A stretch of DNA of 64,000 nt from positions 112-64,111 of the forward strand of contig CANGOX010000008.1 of NCBI GenBank assembly GCA_947455605.1, written 5' to 3'. Below, piece after piece: positions 10,127 to 19,273 of this stretch (the stretch's first letter is position 1; every line of letters starts with the position of its first letter). A model generated the notes under the pieces. It did no database searches, was not told the origin of the DNA, and saw only the letters and a program-made list of their open reading frames with translations. This DNA comes from Chitinophagaceae bacterium. GTDB taxonomy: Bacteria > Bacteroidota > Bacteroidia > Chitinophagales > Chitinophagaceae. Made by a program: the position numbers and the translations under genes.

Positions 10127-10162
10127 TTTCCTTACCTTCACTCCACTCTAACACTAAAACGC

Positions 10163-11218
10163 TTGCCTATGCGCCGCAGTAAAATTGCCGGTATTGGGAT
10201 GTATGTACCCAAGAACGTAGTCACCAACCAGGATCTTACCCAATACATGGACACCAATGATGAGTGGATACAGGAAAGAACCGGTATCAAAGAACGCCGT
10301 TACGCTCATCGCACAGAAGAAACCACCACTACCATGGCTGTTGAATCGGCCAAAATAGCGATCGAAAGAGCAGGAACCACTCCTCAGGATATAGATTTCA
10401 TTGTATTTGCCACTTTATCTCCCGACTACTATTTCCCGGGTTGCGGTGTTATGTTACAGCGTGCACTGAAAATGAAGGAAGTGGGTGCGTTGGATGTACG
10501 AAACCAGTGCAGTGGTTTTTTATATGCATTGAGTGTGGCCGATCAGTTCATAAAGACCGGTATGTATAAGAACATATTGGTAGTGGGAAGTGAGAAACAT
10601 TCATTTGGATTGGATATGACCACAAGAGGCAGAAATATCTCGGTGATCTTTGGAGACGGATCCGGCGCCGTGGTATTGCAACCCACTGAAGATGAGAACC
10701 AGGGTATTTTAAGCACACATTTACATAGTGATGGAGAATCGGCAGAGATATTGGCCATGTACAACCCCGGCACACATGCCAATCATTGGGGTGCAAAGAA
10801 TTATGCCGATTTTGATGATGCGCCGATTGCCAATATGTTCATGAGTCATGCCATGATAGACAATGCGCAGAATTTCCCTTTCATGGATGGACAGTCTGTA
10901 TTCAAAAAAGCCGTGGTAAAGTTCCCCGAAGTGATTCAGGAAGCTTTGGAAGCCAATGGATATCAAAGTTCCGACATCAGTATGCTCATCCCTCATCAGG
11001 CCAATCTTCGTATCAGCCAGTTTGTACAGCACAAATTAAAGTTGAACGATGATCAGGTATATAATAATATTCAACAATACGGTAACACTACCGCGGCTTC
11101 TGTGCCCATAGCTTTGTGTGAAGCATGGGAGAAGGGAAAGATCAAACAGGGCGATCTGGTTTGTCTGGCGGCTTTTGGCAGTGGTTTTACCTGGGCCAGT
11201 GCTTTGATCAAATGGTAA
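10163..11218 (+). CDS. fabH: 3-oxoacyl-ACP synthase III (KAS III)
   Basis: Catalytic Cys (NQCSGF), His (IPHQAN) and Asn (GNTTAAS). The ORF track starts at TTG 10163; there is an ATG at 10169. Confidence 0.9.
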   Translation: MPMRRSKIAGIGMYVPKNVVTNQDLTQYMDTNDEWIQERTGIKERRYAHRTEETTTTMAVESAKIAIERAGTTPQDIDFIVFATLSPDYYFPGCGVMLQRALKMKEVGALDVRNQCSGFLYALSVADQFIKTGMYKNILVVGSEKHSFGLDMTTRGRNISVIFGDGSGAVVLQPTEDENQGILSTHLHSDGESAEILAMYNPGTHANHWGAKNYADFDDAPIANMFMSHAMIDNAQNFPFMDGQSVFKKAVVKFPEVIQEALEANGYQSSDISMLIPHQANLRISQFVQHKLKLNDDQVYNNIQQYGNTTAASVPIALCEAWEKGKIKQGDLVCLAAFGSGFTWASALIKW

Positions 11219-11224
11219 TCGCTT

Positions 11225-11260
11225 ACCTGTCTGCCGACAGGCAGGTTTCACAGATTTTTG
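11225..11260 (+). terminator. Rho-independent terminator after fabH
   Basis: 9-bp stem acctgtctg/caggcaggt (one G.U pair), tetraloop ccga, T-rich tail. Confidence 0.65.
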
Positions 11261-11424
11261 TATGAGGGGTTTTATGATTTTGGATGAATGATAAAACAGT
11301 AACTTGCCCGCTTTCTTAAACAAACGGCGCGTAACCGCCGTTGCCGGTGTTATCACCGGCAACGATCAGGGTTTTAGTAACACTAAAATGATGTTGGCCA
11401 TTATACCACATCCCAGAATATTAA

Positions 11425-12330
11425 GTGATGAGTGATAGAAAAATAATTTACCTCGTTAATCCGATATCGGGTACTTCTAAAAAAGAAGCGATCAAGAAAC
11501 TGATCGAAAGAGAAACCACAGCCCAGGGTATTGCTTTTGAAATAACGCATACCAATGCAGATGGCGATTACGATTGGCTGAAAGACAAGATCATCCGCGA
11601 AAAAATTACCGATGTAGTAATGACCGGTGGCGACGGTACCGTTAACCAGGTTACAGGTGCCTTACGTGGCGTGAATGTGAGATTCGGTATCATTCCGATG
11701 GGTTCGGGAAACGGACTGGCAAGAACGGCAGGCATTCCAACCAAACCACAGCAGGCATTGGCTATGATCTTTTCCGGTAAATCAAAAAAAGTAGATGCAT
11801 TCCTCATCAATAACCAATACGCCTGCATGCTTAGCGGTATAGGTTTTGATGCACAGGTAGCGCATGATTTTGCCACAAAAGCTTCGAGGGGTTTACTTAC
11901 CTATACACAACAGAGTATTGTCAATTTTTTTAAAGCGCATCCTTACCAGTTTGAAGTGATCATTGATGGCTTCTCTTTTTTTACCGATGCCTTCTTTATC
12001 AGCATAGCCAATAGTAACCAGTTTGGAAATAATTTTACCATCGCCCCGCAGGCTAACCTGCACGATGGGTTACTGGATATTGTGATCGTTCAGAAAATGA
12101 ATAAGGCTAAACTGCCTTTTGTGATGCTCAAACATATCCGCAGTAATAATAAACTGCAGGAACTGGTTGAGTCTATGAGTGAGAAAAACATTCTGTACTT
12201 TCAAACCACTGCACTGAAAATCAAAAACCTCAAATATGCACCCTTGCATATAGATGGTGAACCCAGAGAAACAGCAGAAGAATTTGAGATCGAAATATTG
12301 AAAGAATGTTTTGAACTGATTCAGGCTTAA
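11425..12330 (+). CDS. Diacylglycerol/lipid kinase family protein (YegS/BmrU-like)
   Basis: DAGK catalytic motif MTGGDGTVNQV and PMGSGNGLAR. GTG at 11425 or ATG at 11428. Confidence 0.85.
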   Translation: MMSDRKIIYLVNPISGTSKKEAIKKLIERETTAQGIAFEITHTNADGDYDWLKDKIIREKITDVVMTGGDGTVNQVTGALRGVNVRFGIIPMGSGNGLARTAGIPTKPQQALAMIFSGKSKKVDAFLINNQYACMLSGIGFDAQVAHDFATKASRGLLTYTQQSIVNFFKAHPYQFEVIIDGFSFFTDAFFISIANSNQFGNNFTIAPQANLHDGLLDIVIVQKMNKAKLPFVMLKHIRSNNKLQELVESMSEKNILYFQTTALKIKNLKYAPLHIDGEPRETAEEFEIEILKECFELIQA

Positions 12331-12345
12331 ACCTGTTTTGGTATT

Positions 12346-14568
12346 TTACCGTACAAGTTTCTTCAATCGTTCAAGTTGTTCCTTATTGGCAGGGTTATCC
12401 AAAGCCTGGGCTATATCCCTTTTCTCGGCAGCCGTTAAGTGAAAACTCAAACTTGCAGGCGCATCATTTTTAGAAGGCACATATTGAAAACAGACACGGT
12501 AAAATTCCGGGCCATAAGAATTGGCCAGATATTCTAATTGATCATGCTGATAATAATCCTGGATCTTAAACCAATTATTCTGCAATAATAAAAACGGCTT
12601 TGTCATCAGGCTGATCAGGTTATTGCTTTCATAAGGTTTATCCCAATCTCCCAGACTCCTGTCGCGGATCTGTAATAAAACAACTTTGCTGGTATTCATC
12701 TCCAGCCATTCTCTGAATACATTGATAAAACGCAAACAGGATTCCTGTCCAAAATTATCGCGCAGTCCCGCATCCATCACATCAATGGTTGGGCTGGTGG
12801 GCAACCATACATTGGGTAATACATAAGGAAAAGTGGCATTCATCCGTAAAGCAGACAATATATTTATCTGCATGGGATCCTGCTTACTGAAGAAGGAATT
12901 GAAATCAACCGCATCAGGGTCTACCGACATGATCTTGCTGCTATCCGCGTCCGGCCGCATTAAAAAACGGACGGGGTGTGTACCGATGATCATCTTTCTT
13001 CCGTCACGCGTGATCACCGAATTAAAAAGCATGGTAGGAATTTCTGCATTGGCTTCCGGTGTTGCATAATCTTTTAAAGATTTAGCCAACACACCTTGTG
13101 TGTTCTCATCCAGTTTCTGTTCAAATGCATAACCCCGGTCTTTGGCATAGTCAAATCCGTTCACGGTAAATTTCTGTACAGGACCAATCAGATCCCTTGA
13201 TACAAAAGAAGAGAACAAGGGACTTAGCAGATCATGTGAGATATTGGCGGTATACTGTTTGTTCTGAAGATTGATCTTCTCACCTTTTATTTTACGATAA
13301 TACAATTCCCTGAAGTATGCTGCACCCAGCATACCACCCGAAGCACCATTGATCAGAAATGTTTGTCGCATTAATTGTCCGCCTGTAACACTATCCAGTC
13401 TTTGCAAAGCATTCATGGTAAATGCTGCACTTCTCGATCCGCCGCCACTTGTATTGATAATATATAAAACAGGCAGTTCTTCTTTTTGCCGGGCTTTCCA
13501 TTTATCCAGCAGATTGATAAAATATTTTTTATCCGCATCTATATTTTTTTTACTGGCCAGTTCGTTGATGGTTTCGCGGCTGTAAATGGGTCTCTCATTC
13601 CGGTTCGTATAATTCAGCCCAAAAGCTTTACTACGCGGATCGATAATCTCTTTTTGATAGAGAATATTGAGAATGATGTACAGCACAACTATAACAGGAA
13701 TACTCCATGTTCGCAGGAACAATGAAATGGCGCCGGCTACTGCCATTAAGATCGCAAACAATACTGTGATACTGGCCGCAGCCGGTAATTGAAACAGTCT
13801 GGCATCAGAAGAATACCCAACAAGGATCAAAAAAATAAAAGAGAAAGTGATGGCAATAACTGCGGCTACATGATGGTGTTTAAAGATCGCATTCAGAAAA
13901 TCATCGCTGTAATGCCGGATATCTCTGGGTTTTCGCAGACGGAAGCTGGCACTTAAGAACCAGTCTACCTGCAATTCAGTTTTCTGTTCAGGCAGGGTTG
14001 TTTTTTTTACAGCCAGCTCATAATCCAGATTGGCTTTGTTCATTACCGCACCCATGGTATAATAGATCGTCTTATCAGCTCCAAAAAAATAAATAAACGA
14101 AATAGAAATAGAGAGAATGATGCCGCCGGTGAATCCACCTATCAACCCAAGGATCTTAACACCGTTGAACAATTCCTGGTATCGGGCATAATCAACAGCT
14201 TTGATCAGATAAAAGAAAAGGAAGGCCAGGGGTATGATCGCATTATTGATACAGTATTTAAGAAAAGGCTGTTCGGTAGTAGCCAGAAATAAAACATTTT
14301 TACTGTGCAGGATAAAAGTGGTGATATTCCAACTCATGAAAAAAATACCGATGGAAAACCCTACGATCGCAGTACTGAGTGCGCTTACATCTCCAAAATA
14401 TTCCGGTGCCAGAAACAATGAATTGGCGCCAAAAGTGAACATGAAATTTCCGGCTACCGTTGCAAACAGGATATACCAAAGTACCAGAAATACCTGGTAA
14501 CGGCGAAAATGCAACAGAAATAGCTGCACAGGCAAGGACCGCCAGAAACCGATCAGGTATTGCTTCAT
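12346..14568 (-). CDS. Patatin-like phospholipase fused to an N-terminal polytopic membrane domain
   Basis: Oxyanion GGGSRS, nucleophile elbow GASGG, catalytic Asp DAGLRDN. The first ~330 aa contain about 7-8 hydrophobic helices. Confidence 0.8.
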   Translation of the reverse strand: MKQYLIGFWRSLPVQLFLLHFRRYQVFLVLWYILFATVAGNFMFTFGANSLFLAPEYFGDVSALSTAIVGFSIGIFFMSWNITTFILHSKNVLFLATTEQPFLKYCINNAIIPLAFLFFYLIKAVDYARYQELFNGVKILGLIGGFTGGIILSISISFIYFFGADKTIYYTMGAVMNKANLDYELAVKKTTLPEQKTELQVDWFLSASFRLRKPRDIRHYSDDFLNAIFKHHHVAAVIAITFSFIFLILVGYSSDARLFQLPAAASITVLFAILMAVAGAISLFLRTWSIPVIVVLYIILNILYQKEIIDPRSKAFGLNYTNRNERPIYSRETINELASKKNIDADKKYFINLLDKWKARQKEELPVLYIINTSGGGSRSAAFTMNALQRLDSVTGGQLMRQTFLINGASGGMLGAAYFRELYYRKIKGEKINLQNKQYTANISHDLLSPLFSSFVSRDLIGPVQKFTVNGFDYAKDRGYAFEQKLDENTQGVLAKSLKDYATPEANAEIPTMLFNSVITRDGRKMIIGTHPVRFLMRPDADSSKIMSVDPDAVDFNSFFSKQDPMQINILSALRMNATFPYVLPNVWLPTSPTIDVMDAGLRDNFGQESCLRFINVFREWLEMNTSKVVLLQIRDRSLGDWDKPYESNNLISLMTKPFLLLQNNWFKIQDYYQHDQLEYLANSYGPEFYRVCFQYVPSKNDAPASLSFHLTAAEKRDIAQALDNPANKEQLERLKKLVR

Positions 14569-14617
14569 ATAATTAAGAGTACAATTTCAAAATCTTTGCT
14601 GCACGTGCTTGCAGATT

Positions 14618-14691
14618 ATCGGATTAGCGGATTGCGGATTAACGGATTAGTAATTGGCGAATACGCAATCCGCTAATTCGCCAATCAATCC
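14618..14691. repeat. Stutter palindrome, GCGGATT family, with interleaved arm pairs
   Basis: A attagcggattgcg (14623-14636) pairs with A' cgcaatccgctaat (14664-14677), 14/14. B attggcgaat (14653-14662) pairs with B' attcgccaat (14676-14685), 10/10. Order is A-B-A'-B'. It overlaps the ctaA stop codon. Confidence 0.85.
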
Positions 14692-15740
14692 CTCCGTATG
14701 ATAAATAAGGTTGTAACCAAAGACAATAATAACAGCATCCCCGTTAACTGGTGCAATTGTGCCATCCATTCAAAAGCTCCCCAATGACCGGGTATGATTC
14801 CGCTACTGGTAAGTACACTGCCGATACCCAATACAATTTGCACCAACACGATCAATAAAGGTAAACGGCTGGTCTTGTGAAAAAAGGCAGAGCCATTCGT
14901 CTTAAATAATTTTATTGACCAAACCACGATCAATATACAAAGAAGATAAGCCAGTCCGCGGTGAATAAAATGGATAAGGATCGTATTGTTAACGAGGTTC
15001 AATCCTACTGATTGATCCGTCATTAATCTGTCTGGAATCCATTGCCCATTAATGGTAGGCCAGGTGGGTGCAACCGTTGCAGCTTTATGTCCGGCCATCA
15101 AGGCACCATACAATAACTGGATCACCAGTAATAATAAAATACCAATATTCCATTTTCTGAGTGAACTGTTTTGGATCCTCTGAGTATTTGGCACCAATAA
15201 TTGTAGCGCAAACCAGAAAGTATAAGATAACAATCCAAGCGCAAAAATAAAATGCAGTGCCAGTTTCGTTGGTTGTACATACACAGCATCCCCGGTGAGC
15301 CCACTGGCCACCATGATCCAGCCAATGGCACCCTGCAAAGCACCTAAGAAAAATAAGGCCAGTAAAGGCTGTACCATTTCTTTTCTGAACTGTTTTCTAA
15401 CCAAAAAGTATCCGAATCCTACTGCAAAAACCAATCCGATCGTTCTTGCCCATAAGCGGTGAAACCATTCCCAGAAGAAAATGAATTTGAAATCAGAAAG
15501 GGTAAAATCAAAATTGAGTAAATGAAACTGCGGGGTCTGGCGATATTTTTCAAACTCTGCCATCCATTGCTGTTCGTTTAACGGTGGTAGAGAGCCCGTG
15601 ATCACATCCCATTGGGTAATGGAAAGACCGCTTCCTGTTAGGCGGGTGATGCCTCCTAAAGCTATCTGAATTACCGTCATGCCCACCCCTATCAATAACC
15701 AGGTAGCCACCAGCCGGGAAGAACGTTCTGTTGTTTGCAT
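14685..15740 (-). CDS. ctaA: Heme A synthase (COX15/CtaA family)
   Basis: 8-helix membrane protein with conserved His residues typical of COX15. The ORF extends to 15809, but ATG 15740 (MQTTERS...) gives the usual N-terminus. Confidence 0.85.
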   Translation of the reverse strand: MQTTERSSRLVATWLLIGVGMTVIQIALGGITRLTGSGLSITQWDVITGSLPPLNEQQWMAEFEKYRQTPQFHLLNFDFTLSDFKFIFFWEWFHRLWARTIGLVFAVGFGYFLVRKQFRKEMVQPLLALFFLGALQGAIGWIMVASGLTGDAVYVQPTKLALHFIFALGLLSYTFWFALQLLVPNTQRIQNSSLRKWNIGILLLLVIQLLYGALMAGHKAATVAPTWPTINGQWIPDRLMTDQSVGLNLVNNTILIHFIHRGLAYLLCILIVVWSIKLFKTNGSAFFHKTSRLPLLIVLVQIVLGIGSVLTSSGIIPGHWGAFEWMAQLHQLTGMLLLLSLVTTLFIIRRD

Positions 15741-15810
15741 ATAGTTCCGGTTTCTGAACGGGCCAAAGTTACCGATATAAGCTTCCACGCCTGAATTTTG
15801 ACAAATCATT

Positions 15811-16449
15811 TTGGAAAATATACCGGCGATGTTTCAACTTTACCGGGTGTTAGAACCCTGTTATCAAACCGAATTAAAAGAAGCCGGTGCCGACGAGGCC
15901 GGAAGGGGCTGTTATGCCGGACCGGTTTTTGCAGCCGCGGTGATCCTGCCGGTTGATTTTTATCACCCCCTGCTCAACGACAGCAAACAGGTGTCGGAAA
16001 AGGACAGGTATCTGCTGAAAGAAATTATCCAATCTGCTGCCATCAGTTGGGCCGTGGCAAATATTGATAATGAAGAGATCGACAAGATCAATATTCTAAA
16101 GGCCTCATTTAAAGCCATGCACCTGGCTATTGATCAGTTAAAACCAAAACCTCAATTATTGCTGATCGATGGAAACCGTTTTGTTCCTTATAAGAAAACC
16201 CCGCATCTCTGTATCATCAAAGGAGATGGCAAATATGCCAATATAGCCGCAGCCAGTATCCTTGCCAAAACATTCCGCGATGATTACCTGCAACAACTGC
16301 ACGAAGAATTTCCGCAGTATGGCTGGGATAAGAATAAGGGCTATGGAACTTTACAACACAGAAAAGCCATTGAGCAATACGGCTTGTGTAAATATCACCG
16401 GAAGAGCTATAATATTTTACCACAGCAAACGGAGCTGAGGTTTCGTTAA
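15811..16449 (+). CDS. rnhB: Ribonuclease HII
   Basis: DEAGRGCYAGPV active-site motif. TTG at 15811; alternative ATG at 15829. Confidence 0.9.
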   Translation: MENIPAMFQLYRVLEPCYQTELKEAGADEAGRGCYAGPVFAAAVILPVDFYHPLLNDSKQVSEKDRYLLKEIIQSAAISWAVANIDNEEIDKINILKASFKAMHLAIDQLKPKPQLLLIDGNRFVPYKKTPHLCIIKGDGKYANIAAASILAKTFRDDYLQQLHEEFPQYGWDKNKGYGTLQHRKAIEQYGLCKYHRKSYNILPQQTELRFR

Positions 16450-16476
16450 AGTGATGTAACCTTGCGAACCCTTCCG

Positions 16477-16526
16477 CCTTCGCGCCTTTGCGGTTAATCC
16501 TTCTCCTCACCGCAAAGACGCGAAGG
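16477..16526. repeat. Stutter palindrome (GCAAAGGCGC family); bidirectional terminator between convergent rnhB and tsaC
   Basis: ccttcgcgcctttgcggt pairs with accgcaaagacgcgaagg, 17/18. Confidence 0.8.
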
Positions 16527-16556
16527 AACGAGATTATACAAGGAATAAACCTGATT

Positions 16557-17165
16557 TTATTCTTCCCAAACCCCAGCCCCTTCTCTGATCACTTCATACT
16601 CGTCTTTTGTACAATCTACAATGGTTGAAGGGATCATTCCCCCAATGCCGCCATCAATTACAATATCGACCAGCTTTTCAAAATTAGCATGCATCAGTTC
16701 AGGGTCGGTATATTCTTCCACCATGTCTCCGGGTAAGGATGCTGAGAGTAAGGGATGCGAGAGTTCATGAACAATGGTACGGGCAATATTATTATCCGGC
16801 ACACGAAGACCGATGGTGTTTTTTTTGCTGTGAAGGATCTTGGGCACTTCCTTGCTCGCCGGTAAAATAAATGTATAGGGTCCGGGTAAATAATTTTTCA
16901 GCAACCGGTATAAAGGGGTGGAAATACTTTTGGTGTATTTACTCAGGTCGCTCAGATCATAACATACAAAACTCAGTTGTGCTTTGGCCGGATCGATATT
17001 TTTGATTCTGGCAATACGTTCGATCGCTTTGGGTTGAAAAATATCGCAGCCCAAACCATAGATGGTATCGGTTGGATAAATGATCACCCCGCCATCGAGC
17101 AAACATTCGATCACGGTCTTGATATGCCTTGCATTCGGATTATCGGGGTGTATCGTTAATAACAT
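16557..17165 (-). CDS. tsaC: L-threonylcarbamoyladenylate synthase (TsaC/YrdC family)
   Basis: YPTDTIYGLGCD and LRVPD motifs. The ORF runs to 17183; ATG 17165 is preferred. Confidence 0.85.
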   Translation of the reverse strand: MLLTIHPDNPNARHIKTVIECLLDGGVIIYPTDTIYGLGCDIFQPKAIERIARIKNIDPAKAQLSFVCYDLSDLSKYTKSISTPLYRLLKNYLPGPYTFILPASKEVPKILHSKKNTIGLRVPDNNIARTIVHELSHPLLSASLPGDMVEEYTDPELMHANFEKLVDIVIDGGIGGMIPSTIVDCTKDEYEVIREGAGVWEE

Positions 17166-17245
17166 AGGGCAATTTACGAACAATGTGTAAGCTTACCTTA
17201 AGAAGCCTTTAACCTTTAGGAGTATCAAAAAATCGTCATGCAGTG

Positions 17246-17253
17246 TATTTTTG
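17246..17253 (+). promoter_or_regulatory. Bacteroidota-type -7 promoter box (TAnnTTTG)
   Basis: TATTTTTG lies 17 nt upstream of ATG 17271. Confidence 0.4.
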
Positions 17254-17270
17254 CAAAAAATCAATCAACC

Positions 17271-18155
17271 ATGCAGCTTCAACCCGTACCGGTGGTAGAT
17301 GATATCAGCCCATTAGACTTTAAACAGCACTATTATTTCCCCAAGAAACCCCTGGTTATTAAAAACATGGCCAAAAGCTGGCCCGCTTTTGAAAAATGGA
17401 ACTGGGCATATTTTAAAGAACTGGTAGGAAAACAGGAAGTGGCTTTATACAATAATGTAAAAAGCGATGCATACACACCCATTAATAAGGCAGACGATTA
17501 CAAGACCTTTGGTGAATATATTGATATGATCAGCCAGGGACCAGCCGGCTGGCGGATCTTTCTCTTCAATATTTTCGATCATGCTCCGGAGCTGACCAAA
17601 GATTTTACCTGGCCCGAACATTTGATGAAAGGTTTCTTAAAAAAATATCCGATGTTGTTTACCGGCGGACAAACTTCCATCACCCATATGCATTTTGATA
17701 TTGATGTGAGTCATATCCTGCATACTCAGTTCGCGGGAAGAAAAAGGGTATTGCTTTTCCCTCACGAAGAGCAGTATAAGATTTACAGAAAACCTTTTGA
17801 AGTATTAAGCCTGGCCGATTTCAGTAATTATTATGATGAACAGAACAGTAAACTGGATTACCAACAATTTCCTGCATTGGCAAAAGCAAAGGGTTATGAA
17901 GTGATACTGGATCATGGAGATACCTTATTTATGCCCGCCGGCTACTGGCACCATATGGAATACCTCAACAGCGGCTTTGCCATGAGCCTCCGCGCCATGC
18001 AACCCTCTCTCACCGGAAAATTAACGGGCGTATGGAACTTATTCGGGATGAGAAGTATTGATACCCTCATGAAAAAGACCGCGCCTAAACCCTGGTACAA
18101 CTGGAAAAGAAAACGGGTTTTTGAGATGGCTGCTAAAGCTTTGCTGGAAGCATAA
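17271..18155 (+). CDS. JmjC/cupin-like domain protein (putative Fe(II)/2-oxoglutarate oxygenase)
   Basis: HxD...H facial triad candidates (THMHFDID, GYWHHMEYL). The ORF is open from 17238, but the promoter box favours 17271. Confidence 0.7.
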   Translation: MQLQPVPVVDDISPLDFKQHYYFPKKPLVIKNMAKSWPAFEKWNWAYFKELVGKQEVALYNNVKSDAYTPINKADDYKTFGEYIDMISQGPAGWRIFLFNIFDHAPELTKDFTWPEHLMKGFLKKYPMLFTGGQTSITHMHFDIDVSHILHTQFAGRKRVLLFPHEEQYKIYRKPFEVLSLADFSNYYDEQNSKLDYQQFPALAKAKGYEVILDHGDTLFMPAGYWHHMEYLNSGFAMSLRAMQPSLTGKLTGVWNLFGMRSIDTLMKKTAPKPWYNWKRKRVFEMAAKALLEA

Positions 18156-18162
18156 AGATAAA

Positions 18163-18285
18163 CGTCACTGCGAGGAACGAAGCAGCCTGAGTTAACACGC
18201 TGAGATAATCAGCTATTCAAAGACAATCCAAAACAGAAACCTACTATTATTCGAAGCACAGATTGCTTCGTTCCTCGCAATGACG
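18163..18285. repeat. Long-loop palindrome, GAGGAACGAAGC family
   Basis: cgtcactgcgaggaacgaagca (18163-18184) pairs 21/22 with tgcttcgttcctcgcaatgacg (18264-18285). The same word occurs at 54681-54765. Confidence 0.85.
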
Positions 18286-18290
18286 GGTAA

Positions 18291-18326
18291 CAGAAAGGCG
18301 GCCTTGTGCCGCCTTCTGTTTGTTTG
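18291..18326 (+). terminator. Rho-independent terminator
   Basis: cagaaaggcggc/gccgccttctg stem with one bulge, loop cttgt, then tttgtttg. Confidence 0.7.
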
Positions 18327-18549
18327 TAACCCCCGTTAAAACTGAATGGATAGAACAGTTAGACCAACTGATCTCATCCGGTATAAAAGTAGACTGCACC
18401 CGCCACCCCCGCAAGACGGCTTCTACGCAAGAAACTGGGTGTTTTAACGGTATTTTTTTACGTACTAACACCCGATCTTGGTATGGCAATTAAACTGAAA
18501 TTAGTCCTCTTACACCGCAGGGTGTATTCGCTTATTCTCTCAAACTAAA

Positions 18550-19212
18550 ATGCACACTATGTTCAGGGTTGCCATGATCGACGATCATATTCTGATGAGG
18601 CAAAGCCTCGCTTCTGTTGTAAATGCCATTCCGGGCTTCACGGTGATCTATGAAGCCAATAACGGTATGGAATTCACCAAATGGCTGGACCCCCACAATC
18701 TGCCTGATCTCGTATTGATGGACATCAATATGCCAATTATGAACGGTCACGAAACGGCCCAGTGGATCACGGCCCATTATCCCAAACTCAAATTCATTGC
18801 CATCAGTATGCTGAATGATGAGCGGTCCATCATTAAAATGCTGCGCAACGGCGCAAGGGGGTATTTATTAAAAGATTCTGAGATCCTCGATTTCCGGCAG
18901 GCTCTGCAGGATGTGATGAGCAAGGGTATTTATATCAATACAATTTTGTATAAACATATTGTAGGCTCTTTACAAGGTTCGCAACCCAATGAACAGGTAG
19001 AGCAGGCCATCCTGAATGAAATTGGCGTCAGGGAAAAAGAATTTCTCCGCTGGCTCTGTACCGATAAATCTTATAAAGAAATTGCTGCCGCCATGTACCT
19101 CAGCCCAAGAACCGTAGACGGCTACCGGGATATGTTGTTTGAGAAATTAAAAGTGGCTTCGAGGATAGGACTGGTATTGTTTGCACTGAGAAATGAGATC
19201 GCTAAAATATGA
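18550..19212 (+). CDS. Response regulator, NarL/LuxR family (REC + HTH_LuxR), orphan
   Basis: Intact receiver residues (IDDH, LMDINMP, AISM, LLKD). LuxR HTH (SYKEIAAAMYLSPRTVDGYR). No histidine kinase nearby. Confidence 0.9.
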   Translation: MHTMFRVAMIDDHILMRQSLASVVNAIPGFTVIYEANNGMEFTKWLDPHNLPDLVLMDINMPIMNGHETAQWITAHYPKLKFIAISMLNDERSIIKMLRNGARGYLLKDSEILDFRQALQDVMSKGIYINTILYKHIVGSLQGSQPNEQVEQAILNEIGVREKEFLRWLCTDKSYKEIAAAMYLSPRTVDGYRDMLFEKLKVASRIGLVLFALRNEIAKI

Positions 19213-19221
19213 GCGCATATA

Positions 19222-19249
19222 AAAAGCCCCTGCTATCGCAAGGGCTTTT
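19222..19249. terminator. Bidirectional terminator hairpin between the response regulator and korB
   Basis: aaaagccc/gggctttt 8-bp stem with a 12-nt loop. A and T runs form part of the stem and flanks. Confidence 0.55.
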
Positions 19250-19273
19250 GTATAAAATGTATTTGTATCAAAA

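Noticed and set aside
14685-15809. Long N-terminal extensions in the ORF track for ctaA, tsaC, MarR, GH97, actA and the purN-fusion ORF.
   Set aside because: In each case an internal ATG restores the family-typical N-terminus or a signal peptide. The extension would also read through promoter, operator or repeat sequence. The shorter starts were adopted, with the alternatives noted.
18247-18777. Two minus-strand ORFs (80 and 81 aa) around the response-regulator start.
   Set aside because: One spans the palindrome, the terminator and the structured leader. The other is antisense to the receiver domain. Neither has any family features.
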